Positions 31,801-40,604 of a stretch of DNA of 54,166 nt are shown here, in pieces. The stretch is from an uncultured bacterium. Lineage in GTDB: Bacteria; Gemmatimonadota; Gemmatimonadetes; Gemmatimonadales; Gemmatimonadaceae. The position numbers and the translations under genes are program-made. Location of the stretch: contig CAXBQP010000014.1 in assembly GCA_963978095.1 (NCBI GenBank), positions 1 through 54,166 on the forward strand, read 5' to 3'. Every line of letters begins with the position of its first letter. Within the stretch, counting starts at the first letter, position 1. The notes under the pieces were generated by a model. It made no database searches. It was not told the origin of the DNA and saw only the letters and a list, made by a program, of their open reading frames with translations.

Positions 31801-32331
31801 TACGCCGAGCGGGCCATCGCGTGGACCGAAGCACCGGCGGACCTGTCCGCGCTCTCCAAGCAGCGATTCCGCTGGTCATTCGGAACGCTCCAGTGCGCAT
31901 GGAAGCACCGCGATACCCTGCTCCGACCCAAGTACGGCTCGCTCGGAACGATTGCGATGCCCAACACCTGGGTCTTCCAGCTCCTGCTCACGGCCCTCTC
32001 GCCGCTCGCCGACCTGCTCTTCGTGTATGGATTGGTCTCGGTCTGGCTGACCTGGACGGATCACGGCGCGAGCTATGCGCTCTCGGACCTCGAAAATCTG
32101 CTCGCCTTCTACGCGATCTTCCTGCTGAGCGATTGGCTCGGCGCCTTCATCGCGTTCGTGATGGAACCGGACGAGCAGCGCGGACTGTCCTGGCTCATCA
32201 TCGTGCAGCGATTCGTCTATCGCCAGATCATGTATTCGGTCGTGCTGCGCAGCTTCGTCGCCGCCGTGCGTGGACGGGTCGTCGGCTGGGGCTCGCTCGA
32301 GCGCAAGGCAACCGTCGAAATCGGTGTGTAG
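28867..32331 (+). CDS. GH18-like + CE4 polysaccharide deacetylase + GT2 processive glycosyltransferase fusion
   Basis: TM; GH18-like (GVTLDFEE, LMLYDEH, WRLGSED); NodB/CE4 (TFDDGP, HTYTHP, RPPY, LMHD); TM; GT2 (DDGS, GKA, DAD, AEDQD, QRFRW); C-terminal TMs. Confidence 0.92.
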   Translation: MTQHPNRSVFLDPSGKRWRKIQRVSLAFGVLSTLFGLGIVINFLIPPILPKLQDARAQVRGAAPPAQLRITRREREKTAAQRRLEAALSRYVHPPSILPSQLPVTVNRAVEASPSKRAVSMNSDRPGIVAGFFVNWDDNSRTSLNAHVRDLDWIVGEWFFISASGARFDDRTDARALYTVGQLPPKDRPKLMAMVSNFDRGTQKFHAEALRKLLATPQTRAAAALQLVNACIKYGFAGVTLDFEEVPDDMIPSVVAFSRILRAALAPGGRVLSTALPVSTDEETARQFAATNDFLFLMLYDEHYGRGDPGPVASQRWFEERLDQFLKWIPPGKVIVTLGAYGYEWNDADNKVNGSTVTFQDVMRLSKEHNATVRFDSTMLNPFVSWSDSEGTDHVSWFLDGVTAWNQSKASVQRKTAGAAVWRLGSEDPSIWAAISNDIPRSAPAMLAEIPAGYDPEILGDGELLRLASRPVTGRRTIAASPRSGLIEHESVIAFPAPWRVQRFGGEDTTKVAITFDDGPDPRYTAAILDTLRSRHAKATFFVVGRQVDQYPALLRRILREGHEIGSHTYTHPNLALTNPFLAKLELVASGRLIESILNRRTALFRPPYFGDAEPTTTDELVPVGIATDLGYLTVGVHIDSEDWRLNEPQAIYDTTMLRLDKGNILLMHDSGGDRKATVEVLGTLIDSMRAHGREPVLVSELAGITRDEAMPPLSTHTTLERVVEVVAFTVVGLMDWGIYWVFLVAVILGVIRLAFILSLAITQRRNAAAQQRRTDAAPRFAPPVTIIVPAFNEGMVIARTVQSLLDQNYDGDLRVIVVDDGSPDDTYAIARDTFADEPRVEVYTKPNAGKASALNVGIDHAETEIIVCLDADTLFEPVTVRELVQPLADEHVGAVAGNAKVGNRINLVTRWQALEYVTSQNLDRRAFSMLNCITVIPGAVGAWRRSAVLAAGGFTSDTLAEDQDLTIRIRRLGLTIAYAERAIAWTEAPADLSALSKQRFRWSFGTLQCAWKHRDTLLRPKYGSLGTIAMPNTWVFQLLLTALSPLADLLFVYGLVSVWLTWTDHGASYALSDLENLLAFYAIFLLSDWLGAFIAFVMEPDEQRGLSWLIIVQRFVYRQIMYSVVLRSFVAAVRGRVVGWGSLERKATVEIGV

Positions 32332-32388
32332 CAGCTAGACGCGCCTCGAGCTCCCCCACGGGGAGAACCTCGCCGGGCCATCGACGGC

Positions 32389-32733
32389 TCAGCCAGGTGG
32401 CCAGTGCAGAGCGCGGCCACCCAGCACGTGGAGATGCAGGTGCGCCACCGTCTGTCCGGCGTGGTCGTTGGTATTGACCACGACCCGATACCCGCTCTCC
32501 GCAACGCCCTCCTGCGCCGCGACATCGCGCGCGAGCGCCAACAGGTCCGCGAGCACCGGTTGCGCCGATACCTCGTTCAGCGACGACGCGTGCACCCGCG
32601 GAATGATGAGCACGTGGACCGGGGCCTGTGGGGCGATATCCCGGAACGCTACGCAGGTCGGACGCTCGGCAATGATCGCGGCCGGGATCTCCCCGGTCAC
32701 GATCCGGCAGAACACACAGCTGCTGATCTGCAT
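32389..32733 (-). CDS. HIT (histidine triad) nucleotide-binding protein
   Basis: CVFCRIV, FRDIAPQAPVHVLIIP, GQTVAHLHLHVLGGR. Confidence 0.95.
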   Translation of the reverse strand: MQISSCVFCRIVTGEIPAAIIAERPTCVAFRDIAPQAPVHVLIIPRVHASSLNEVSAQPVLADLLALARDVAAQEGVAESGYRVVVNTNDHAGQTVAHLHLHVLGGRALHWPPG

Positions 32734-32738
32734 CGATT

Positions 32739-33494
32739 TTACTCCGTCTTCGGGGTTGCCGCGTCCAACACGGCACGCGTGATGCCCAGTGCCGTAACCG
32801 CCGCGGTCTCGAATCGCAGGATGGTTCCCCCCATTCGGACCCGCACGAAGCCGGCAGCCTCCAATGCGGCGAGCTCTCCTTCCTCCAGGCCACCTTCCGG
32901 CCCGATGGCGACAGTGACGGCGGGCACTCGGTCGGCTCCATGAACTGCCCGCTCGAGTGCCGCTGCCATCGGAACACCGGTGCCGTCGCACACCAAACGA
33001 ATACCGTCGGGTGCCGCCGCGATCGCGCGATCCGGCGCCGCATCCGGGTACGCCACCGGCAAATAGGCCCCCCCGGACTGCCCCAGCGCGGCGCTCATCC
33101 GCGCCGCGACCTTCTGATGGAACTGCGGCCCCTCACCACGCGGATTCACACTCTTCGACCGCTTCCACAACACCGGACGCCAGCTGGTCGCGGCGAGTTC
33201 GGTCGCCTTCTCCGCCAACCAAAGCATCCGGTCTCGATCCGCCACCGGCAGCATCAGATGCACCGCCGGCATCGACGCGATGACCGCCGCATGCTCTACC
33301 TGAACGGTCGCATTCCGCTTGGCGATGCGTATCAGCACACCCTCGCCGCGCGTCCCCTGACCGTCGAGCAGTCCGACGCGCTGCCCCGCGTCCAGACGCC
33401 GCACCCGCATGTGGTGCGCCTCCTCCTCACCGAGCGTCACCACCTGCCCCGCCGTGAAGCCCTCACCCACAACGAAGGTCGGCAGAGAACTCAC
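32739..33494 (-). CDS. rsmE: 16S rRNA m3U1498 methyltransferase
   Basis: HHMRVRR, EKATEL, IGPEGG, ILRFETA; GTG start overlapping prmA stop. Confidence 0.93.
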   Translation of the reverse strand: MSSLPTFVVGEGFTAGQVVTLGEEEAHHMRVRRLDAGQRVGLLDGQGTRGEGVLIRIAKRNATVQVEHAAVIASMPAVHLMLPVADRDRMLWLAEKATELAATSWRPVLWKRSKSVNPRGEGPQFHQKVAARMSAALGQSGGAYLPVAYPDAAPDRAIAAAPDGIRLVCDGTGVPMAAALERAVHGADRVPAVTVAIGPEGGLEEGELAALEAAGFVRVRMGGTILRFETAAVTALGITRAVLDAATPKTE

Positions 33495-34327
33495 CTTGCG
33501 ATCACCACCGACCACCAACCATCCTCGGAGTCCTCGGCGCGCACGCGCCACCCACCGGCGGCGAGCGCCTCGAGCATCATTGTGCGCTCCTCGATCAAGA
33601 TGCCGCTCAGGATCGCACGCCCGTCGCCGCTGAGTGAAGCCGCGATGAGCGGAAGCAGCTCCAGCAGTACCGACGAGATGATGTTGGCGAGAATCACGCG
33701 TACCGGGGCGACGAGCGGCAGCAACACCCCGGCATCCCCCTCCAGAATCTGGACGCGGCCCCCCACTCCGTTGCGCTCGACATTCGCCAGTGCATTCGAC
33801 GTTGCATCTGGATCGATCTCGATGGCCGCCGCTCGGCTTGCACCGAGCTTGATCGCCGCGATCGACAGCACCGCCGTCCCCGACCCGAGATCCGCCACGA
33901 TGTCCCCTGACCGAATCACCGAGGGCAACAGCCGTACCACCCCGCGAGTCGTCGCGTGCTCGCCGGTGCCGAATGCCATCGCCGGGTCGATCACGATCGT
34001 CGTGGCGGCATCGTACTGCTCGGCCAACCAGGGAGGCACGATCGTCAGCGTGCCCACGGCATGAGCACCGACGCGCGCACGCCATTCGGACCAGTCCATG
34101 GGCGGCAACTCGCTGACCGCAATGTCCGCATCTGGATCGGCGCCACGGAGCACATCGGCGAACGCGCTGACGTCACTCCCCGGCTCGAGATGCGTCACGA
34201 GCAGCACCCCGTCCTCTTGCACGCCCTGCGCCCCCGCCGCGAACAACGCCCCGAGCAATGCCTCACGTCGGTCATCGACGGACGGTCGAACCGCCACGCG
34301 GAGCCACGGACCGGGGGAAGTCGTCAT
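33491..34327 (-). CDS. prmA: Ribosomal protein L11 methyltransferase
   Basis: [35 protein letters not shown]. Confidence 0.93.
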   Translation of the reverse strand: MTTSPGPWLRVAVRPSVDDRREALLGALFAAGAQGVQEDGVLLVTHLEPGSDVSAFADVLRGADPDADIAVSELPPMDWSEWRARVGAHAVGTLTIVPPWLAEQYDAATTIVIDPAMAFGTGEHATTRGVVRLLPSVIRSGDIVADLGSGTAVLSIAAIKLGASRAAAIEIDPDATSNALANVERNGVGGRVQILEGDAGVLLPLVAPVRVILANIISSVLLELLPLIAASLSGDGRAILSGILIEERTMMLEALAAGGWRVRAEDSEDGWWSVVIAR

Positions 34328-35460
34328 ACGTGCAACGCATCCTTCATCTTGTCCCAAAAGCTCCGCTCCCGCTTCCCGGGAGCTGGACGGTGCACCTTCG
34401 CCAACGCGTCGATCTGAGCGGATTCCTCGCTGGTCAGATCCGTCGGCGTCCAGATGTGCACGCGGACGTGCAGGTCGCCGGTCCCGCTCGCGTTCACGCG
34501 GGGGAGCCCCTTGCCCCGCAACTCGAACCGTTGGCCGCTCTGCGTCCCCGCGGGAACGCGGAGTTCCAGTGGTCCCAGCACCCCCGGGACTTCGATGTCC
34601 GCGCCGCGGACCGCCTGCGGAAAGGTGATCAACACGTCGGTGAGAAGATGCTCGCCATCGCGCTCGAAACGATCGTCTTCCTCGACCTCGAACATCACCA
34701 CCACATCACCACGCGGCCCGCCGCGCGCCCCGGCGTTGCCGATGCCGCGCATCTGCATATACTGCCCGCTCGACACGCCGGGAGGAATCTTGATCGGCAC
34801 CGTGTGCTCGCCACGCTGGCGTCCCTCGCCGCGGCAGCTCTTGCACGGCGTGGCGATCATGACCCCCTCGCCGTTGCAGGTCGGACACGGCGCTACGCTC
34901 ACAAACTGCCCGAAGAACGAGCGCTGCGCGCGCCGGACCTCCCCTTGCCCCGCACAGCTCGTGCACTTCGCCGGCTTCGTGCCAGGCTCCGACCCGGCGC
35001 CCGCACAGCGGTCACACGGATCGAGGAGTTTCATCTTGACCGTACGCGTCACACCGGTCGCCACCTCGGAGAGCGTCAGCTGGATATCGACGCGGACATC
35101 CGCTCCCGCCTGCGGACCGGCCGCCTGCCGCTGCTGGCCTCCGAACATGTCGCCGAGCCCGAAATCGCGCATGAAGATGTTGAGCGCTTCGGACAGGTCC
35201 ACGTGATGGAAGCCTCCGCCGCCGGTCCCGCCACCACCGCCGCGCAAGCCTGCCTCGCCGTAGCGGTCGTACGCGGCACGTTTTTGGGGATCGCGCAACA
35301 CGTCGTACGCCTCGCTGACCTCCTTGAACTTCTCCTCGGCCTCCTTCGAACCGCCGTTCTTGTCCGGATGGTACTGCATCGCCATCCGGCGATACGCGGT
35401 CTTGATGTCGTCATCGCTGGCGGTCTTTTCGATGCCCAGCGTCTTATAGAAATCAGCCAT
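34324..35460 (-). CDS. dnaJ: Chaperone DnaJ
   Basis: J domain with HPD, G/F-rich region, four CxxCxGxG repeats. Confidence 0.98.
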   Translation of the reverse strand: MADFYKTLGIEKTASDDDIKTAYRRMAMQYHPDKNGGSKEAEEKFKEVSEAYDVLRDPQKRAAYDRYGEAGLRGGGGGTGGGGFHHVDLSEALNIFMRDFGLGDMFGGQQRQAAGPQAGADVRVDIQLTLSEVATGVTRTVKMKLLDPCDRCAGAGSEPGTKPAKCTSCAGQGEVRRAQRSFFGQFVSVAPCPTCNGEGVMIATPCKSCRGEGRQRGEHTVPIKIPPGVSSGQYMQMRGIGNAGARGGPRGDVVVMFEVEEDDRFERDGEHLLTDVLITFPQAVRGADIEVPGVLGPLELRVPAGTQSGQRFELRGKGLPRVNASGTGDLHVRVHIWTPTDLTSEESAQIDALAKVHRPAPGKRERSFWDKMKDALHV

Positions 35461-35463
35461 TCC

Positions 35464-36507
35464 CTATGCCAAGAGTTCCGTGACGAGCGTCGACGTATGT
35501 GTCACGAGTGAAATCACCTTTTCGTACGGCATGCGCGTCGGCCCGATCACACCGATCACCCCGGACAGCCCGCCCGCACGATACTCCGCCGTCACCAATG
35601 TCATCCCGCCGGGCAGCGCGTTGCCGTGCTCCGCGCCGATCGTGATCTGCACGCCGGCCGCCGCCTTCCGGGCGCGCAAAAGCGTCGCCAACTCGGTCCG
35701 CGTCTCCGTCAACTCGATCAGTCGACGCATCTGCTCCCCGCTGGCGAACTCGGGCTTGTCCGCCAATACCGACGCCTGCCCCAAGACCACGGCGTCCCCG
35801 CGCTCCGCGGCAGCCACGTCGAACAGTTGCTCCTGCTCCTGAACGAAGATATTCAGCAACTCCGTCGCATCGCCGCGAACCCCGGAATCGCGCACCCGTT
35901 CACCCAAGGAGAGCCGGATTTCGGCCAGCGTCACTCCTCCGAGTCGTTCATTGAGCACGCGCTGCACCTCGGCGAGCGCGTTGTCGGCAATCTCCCCCTT
36001 CACTTCAATGAACACGGTGCGAACCGCCCCGCCCCGGAGGGTCAGCACCAACATCAACTTCTCAAAACTGAGACGGACGATATCCAACCGCTCGAGAACG
36101 GTCTGGTCCATACGGGGGCCGAGCGCGATCCCCAGCTCCTGGGTCAGCACTCCGAGGCTCTGTGCGGCGCGCCGGAGAATCGACTCGATAGCTGACCCCG
36201 CGTGCGACAACTCATTGGCCAGCCGCTGCCGCTCCACCGGCTCGAGTGGAGGAATCCGCATCAACTCATCGACGTACACCCGATACGCCTTTTCGGTGGG
36301 AATACGTCCGGCGGAGGTATGGGGATGAAACAAGTACCCCTTCTCCTCCAGATCGCTCATCGTGTTACGGATCGTCGCCGGCGACACCCCGAATCCAAAG
36401 CGCCGGGCCAGCGTCCGAGACGCCGCCGGCTCAGCGGTCTCGACATACGATCGAATCACCGCCTGCAAGACCGACCGCTCGCGCTCCGAAAGCTCCGCCG
36501 ATGTCAT
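35464..36507 (-). CDS. hrcA: Heat-inducible transcription repressor HrcA
   Basis: SPATIRNTMSDLE..HPHTSAGRIPT..YVD; IGVIGPTRMPY. Confidence 0.97.
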   Translation of the reverse strand: MTSAELSERERSVLQAVIRSYVETAEPAASRTLARRFGFGVSPATIRNTMSDLEEKGYLFHPHTSAGRIPTEKAYRVYVDELMRIPPLEPVERQRLANELSHAGSAIESILRRAAQSLGVLTQELGIALGPRMDQTVLERLDIVRLSFEKLMLVLTLRGGAVRTVFIEVKGEIADNALAEVQRVLNERLGGVTLAEIRLSLGERVRDSGVRGDATELLNIFVQEQEQLFDVAAAERGDAVVLGQASVLADKPEFASGEQMRRLIELTETRTELATLLRARKAAAGVQITIGAEHGNALPGGMTLVTAEYRAGGLSGVIGVIGPTRMPYEKVISLVTHTSTLVTELLA

Positions 36508-36514
36508 AAGTTGA

Positions 36515-36544
36515 AGTATACTAACGACTTCGGCGTGCGGTCAA
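36515..36544 (-). promoter_or_regulatory. Promoter of a probably leaderless hrcA transcript
   Basis: TTGACC-18 bp-TATACT-7 nt-ATG, no Shine-Dalgarno. Confidence 0.6.
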
Positions 36545-37645
36545 GACGGCGGCGAGGGCGTCGAGACGCAGCCATCCCGCCGCCGTCAAGGAAAGGCGCA
36601 CCCCGTCAAGTACTGCCCAACCCGCCTCGACCCACTGCTCCACCGTGGCGAGCTCATCCGCGTCCAGTTGCAGCCCATCGACTGTTCGCAGTCCCAGGTA
36701 CACCTCTTCGGCGATCCGGTTCTCGCGGGTCAGCGCCTCGAACCCCGCCTCCGCACCTCTCCCCGCCATGACCGACGTTCGCCAGCGCTCGTATTCCGGG
36801 ATATTCCAGCGCCGATTCGTGCCATCAAACGAGTGCGCCGACGGTCCAAGCCCGCGATACGGAACCCGCCTCCAGTAGGCGGAGTTGTGCCGACTGCGCA
36901 TGCCGGGTTTGGCGAAATTCGACACCTCGTAGTGGTCGAAACCGCCGGCCACCATCCGATGGTGAGCCTCGAGGAACTCATCCGCGTATCGGTCTTCCGA
37001 GGCCTCCATGGTTTCCCCGCGGGCGGCCCACCGACCCAGCGGCGTGTGCGGCTCGACCGTCAGCCCGTACAACGACACATGATCCGGCCCCAGCGCCAAC
37101 GCTCGCTCGAGGTCGGCAGTCCAGGCGCGATTCAAGGCGTCCGGCAGCGCAAAGATGAGATCAAGCGAGATATCGCCGATCCCTGCGTTTCGGAGGTTAC
37201 TCATCGCGGCTTGAACGGTGGACATATCATGCGACCGGTGCATCCAACGTAACACGCCGTCGTCAAAACTTTGCACACCGAGGGACACCCGACGAACCCC
37301 CGCAGCCGCCCAGGCAATCGCCGCGTCAGCGGACACATCTTCCGGGTTCGCCTCGAGAGTGATCTCCGTGCCCCCCATCAACGCCGGCTGGTGCACCTCC
37401 GCGATTGTAGCGATTAGGTCTGCGACCCCAACCGCACCCAACCGACTCGGGGTACCGCCCCCCAAGTAGAGGGTGTCCACGGGTTCGGAACCAGCGGTAT
37501 GCGATGACGTTACGAGTTCTGCCTTTATGGCGTCTACGTACGGAGCCACGGGAATCGTGCGGCGGACCGCGATCGAAAAATCGCAGTAGCTGCAGCGCCG
37601 AGCACAGAAGGGGACGTGGACGTAGATGTGCCGCAGACCAGGCAC
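36521..37645 (-). CDS. hemW: Radical SAM heme chaperone HemW (HemN-like)
   Basis: YVHVPFCARRCSYCDF, GGGTPS, EANP, YEVSNF, HNSAYW; start uncertain (GTG 37645). Confidence 0.92.
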   Translation of the reverse strand: MPGLRHIYVHVPFCARRCSYCDFSIAVRRTIPVAPYVDAIKAELVTSSHTAGSEPVDTLYLGGGTPSRLGAVGVADLIATIAEVHQPALMGGTEITLEANPEDVSADAAIAWAAAGVRRVSLGVQSFDDGVLRWMHRSHDMSTVQAAMSNLRNAGIGDISLDLIFALPDALNRAWTADLERALALGPDHVSLYGLTVEPHTPLGRWAARGETMEASEDRYADEFLEAHHRMVAGGFDHYEVSNFAKPGMRSRHNSAYWRRVPYRGLGPSAHSFDGTNRRWNIPEYERWRTSVMAGRGAEAGFEALTRENRIAEEVYLGLRTVDGLQLDADELATVEQWVEAGWAVLDGVRLSLTAAGWLRLDALAAVLTARRSR

Positions 37646-37704
37646 TCCGTGGGAAAAGTTCAGTATCCTGAGACCACCGGCTCCAAAACCTGCCCAGAAC
37701 CAGC

Positions 37705-37896
37705 AGTTGAGAATCACTTAAAGTGGTTTGTCAAATCTATTTATTGCAACACTTGCGGCATTTCAAATACAAAATACTTTAACGTCAATCTGATTTTTTT
37801 CCACATAGAACACGGTGGGTCTTCCGGCGGCCCATCGCTCGCTGGAATGCGGTTTTCCACGCCCCTTTATCTGGCCGGCAGCTCTTATGTGGATAA
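37705..37896. other. Candidate replication origin (AT-rich element + DnaA boxes)
   Basis: Strikingly AT-rich tract ~37705-37810; TTTTCCACA 37797-37805, TTTTCCACG 37853-37861, TGTGGATAA 37888-37896. Confidence 0.5.
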
Positions 37897-38784
37897 AGCT
37901 AAAGCCCGTCGCAAAGAACCGTCGCTACCGCACTCGATCAAGCCGCGGATCTCAAGCCTCGAACACACGCTTAAAACCTGCCGAATCGACATTCCGAGTC
38001 GATCGGCAAGTGACTCAATACTCGACGACCCTCCCTCCAGCGACTCCCACACCCTGCCCTCGTCATATCCCAGTTCGGGCGCGGCCACCGGTCCATCCGC
38101 TACCACGCCAAACAGGCCAAGCGCATCCGACAGATCGGTGATGACCTGCGCCCCGTCACGGAGCAGCAGATTGCTCCCAGCGCTGCGCGCAGAATCAATC
38201 GGCCCGGGAACCGCCGCAACGACTCGGCCCAACTCGAGGGCCTGGGTCGCGGTATTTACCGCCCCGGACTTGAACGGCGCCTCGACAACGATGGTTACTT
38301 CTGCCAGCGCGGCGATTATCCGATTCCGTCGAGGGAAGCATCCGGGCGCCGCGCGACTCCCGGGCGCCCGCTCCGACAACACCAGCCCCGAGGCCGCAAT
38401 CTCCCGGTGCAACGCGCGGTGTCCGACGGGGTATGGCACGTCGACTCCGGTCCCCAGCACCGCAATCGTCTCACCGTTCGCCGCCAGCGCCCCACGGTGG
38501 GCCGCTGAATCGATCCCCCTAGCCAACCCACTCACCACCGCGATTCCGGCCCTCGCAAACGCCCTGGCGAGCTCGTCGGCCACACGCATGCCGTACGGGG
38601 ACGCATCCCGGGTCCCCACGATGGCGACAGATCGCCGCGGTGCACGCTGCAGCACCATCCCCCGGCCCAACAGGTAGAGTCCGCTGACCGGCTCCCGAAG
38701 TCCGTCAAAGGCGGCGGTTGGCCACCACGGGTCCCCGGGCCGAAGCCGCTCCGCGGGCCCCTCGGCACCATTTTCCCCAAGCAT
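37885..38784 (-). CDS. dprA: DNA-processing protein DprA
   Basis: VAIVGTR, VVSGLARGID..AHRGAL, FPRRNRIIAAL, VVEA..SGA..TA, GSNLLLRDGA, C-terminal winged helix. Confidence 0.95.
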   Translation of the reverse strand: MLGENGAEGPAERLRPGDPWWPTAAFDGLREPVSGLYLLGRGMVLQRAPRRSVAIVGTRDASPYGMRVADELARAFARAGIAVVSGLARGIDSAAHRGALAANGETIAVLGTGVDVPYPVGHRALHREIAASGLVLSERAPGSRAAPGCFPRRNRIIAALAEVTIVVEAPFKSGAVNTATQALELGRVVAAVPGPIDSARSAGSNLLLRDGAQVITDLSDALGLFGVVADGPVAAPELGYDEGRVWESLEGGSSSIESLADRLGMSIRQVLSVCSRLEIRGLIECGSDGSLRRALALST

Positions 38785-38791
38785 CCGGACC

Positions 38792-39814
38792 TCAGGGCGC
38801 CAGCGGTTCCCGAACAGTGGCTGCGAGCTCTCCCTTCTTGAGCTCAAGCAGCTTCCGCCACCAGGCGTCCTTCACGGCGTCGAGCCCAAGTCGTCCGGCC
38901 GCCGAAATCGATAGCTTGGCGAAGGCCCCCTGAGTCTCGATCTCCGGCACATATGACTCGCCCATCAGATCCAGCTTCGTGAACACCACGCAGTGAGGCT
39001 TGGCCGCAAGCTCCGCGGAATAACTGGCAATCTCCGCGCGAAGCTGGTCGTATTCAGCCTGCCAATCCATGGCGTCGATCGGAATCATGAACGCCAGGAC
39101 CCGCGTCCGCTCGATGTGCCGCAAGAACTTCAACCCCAGCCCCTTCCCCTCGTGCGCCCCCTCGATGATCCCGGGGATGTCGGCGACCACGAACGTGCGA
39201 TGATCCGACAACTGCACCACACCGAGGTTCGGCTGAAGCGTCGTGAACGGATAGTCCGCGATCTTGGGACGTGCGGCGGATATGACAGACAACAAGGTGC
39301 TCTTCCCAGCGTTCGGCTGTCCGACGAGGCCGATGTCGGCGATGAGCTTGAGTTCGAGCTCGATCGTCCGCTCCTCCCCTTCCTCCCCCGGCTGCCACTC
39401 GCGCGGCGTCTGGTGGGTGGCCGTCGCGAAGAAGGAGTTCCCCTTGCCGCCTCGTCCACCTCGGCAGATCACGACCTCTTGCCCTGATTCGAGGATCTCA
39501 GCGAGAATCTCGCCCGACTCGGCGTCCTTCACGACCGTTCCGGGCGGCACGGGGAGCACCACGCTCTCCCCCGACCGCCCCGTTTTGTTCGAGCCCATGC
39601 CATGCTCGCCGCGCTCGGCGGCCCACTTGTCGCGGTACGTATAGTCGAGCAGCGTGCCGAGGTTGGTGTCGCCACGGATCAGGACGTCGCCACCACGGCC
39701 TCCCTCCCCGCCGTCCGGGCCGCCAAGAGGCTCGCGCCACTCTCGGCGGAAGGAGGTGCAACCGCTCCCACCCGTACCGGCGGAAACGCGAACAGTAACG
39801 CGATCGATGAACAT
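38792..39814 (-). CDS. obgE: GTPase ObgE/CgtA
   Basis: MFIDRV, GGPDGGEGGRGG, GQPNAGKST, YPFTT, DIPG, TKLD. Confidence 0.98.
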   Translation of the reverse strand: MFIDRVTVRVSAGTGGSGCTSFRREWREPLGGPDGGEGGRGGDVLIRGDTNLGTLLDYTYRDKWAAERGEHGMGSNKTGRSGESVVLPVPPGTVVKDAESGEILAEILESGQEVVICRGGRGGKGNSFFATATHQTPREWQPGEEGEERTIELELKLIADIGLVGQPNAGKSTLLSVISAARPKIADYPFTTLQPNLGVVQLSDHRTFVVADIPGIIEGAHEGKGLGLKFLRHIERTRVLAFMIPIDAMDWQAEYDQLRAEIASYSAELAAKPHCVVFTKLDLMGESYVPEIETQGAFAKLSISAAGRLGLDAVKDAWWRKLLELKKGELAATVREPLAP

Positions 39815-39849
39815 CCCGGAAAGGTAACTAGTCGGGCGCCGCAGAGCCC

Positions 39850-40497
39850 CTATTTCCCGGCGACTCGCGCCCAGAGCATTGTGGCCCGTTCCAACAACTC
39901 GGGGCGAACGACCCCCGGCAACGCATCCAGCACCGCCCCAACTTCGGCGTGCGACGCCCCGGCGTTCAGCGCCCCCCGCAGGTGCGAGTGCAACTGGCGA
40001 TCCTGCCCCGCCGCCGCACACGCGGCCACGATGCACAACTCGCGGCGCTTCAAGTCCAGCCCGGGGCGCGACAATACCTTGCCGTAGCCCTCGACCACCA
40101 TCCAATCGTCCAGCGCGTCGTGCAACGCGCGGATGTTGCGCCGCAGGGGCGCATAGGAATCGCCGTACACTGTCGCGCATGTCACCTCGCCGCGCTCACG
40201 CCAATCGTGGACGGCCGCGTAACTCTCACCCGGCGGCAGGCCACCGACCGAAGTGCCGGCGCCAGCCGCCGACGCGTCAGACCCCGCCGCCGCCGATCGT
40301 CGCCACTCCCGCGCGGCATTCAACGCCCGAGGGAACCCGGCAAACAGATACGACTGCAACACGAGCTCCTCGAGCCATGCGGCGCTCACCCGCGCCTCGG
40401 CGCACTCAGCGAATCCATCACGAATCGCGCCCTCGTCGGACGACGTGATTCGCGCGGATTGGCGCACAAGCGCGACCGTGGGTCGGTCGAGCACCAT
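39850..40497 (-). CDS. Carboxymuconolactone decarboxylase (CMD/AhpD-like) family protein
   Basis: ELVLQSYLFAGFPRALNA; YGKVLSRPGLDLKRRELCIVA..LHSHLRGALNAG; start uncertain (up to 40608). Confidence 0.85.
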   Translation of the reverse strand: MVLDRPTVALVRQSARITSSDEGAIRDGFAECAEARVSAAWLEELVLQSYLFAGFPRALNAAREWRRSAAAGSDASAAGAGTSVGGLPPGESYAAVHDWRERGEVTCATVYGDSYAPLRRNIRALHDALDDWMVVEGYGKVLSRPGLDLKRRELCIVAACAAAGQDRQLHSHLRGALNAGASHAEVGAVLDALPGVVRPELLERATMLWARVAGK

Positions 40498-40604
40498 CAC
40501 TATGCCTTCGTCGTGTGCGATAGCTCCCATCATTTCCTCGCAATCCGGAGCCTTCGAGCGCGTGGGCTGTGCCAACAGGACCGTCGTGCGTCGCGATCCA
40601 CCCA

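Noticed and set aside
36499..36526. dif-like pattern (CATAA-N6-GTATACTAA) at the hemW/hrcA junction
   Set aside because: Only about half of each Xer arm matches; better explained as the hrcA -10 element plus start codon.
37616..38677. 353-aa plus-strand ORF crossing the AT-rich tract
   Set aside because: Mostly antisense to dprA, with low-complexity translation and no family motif.
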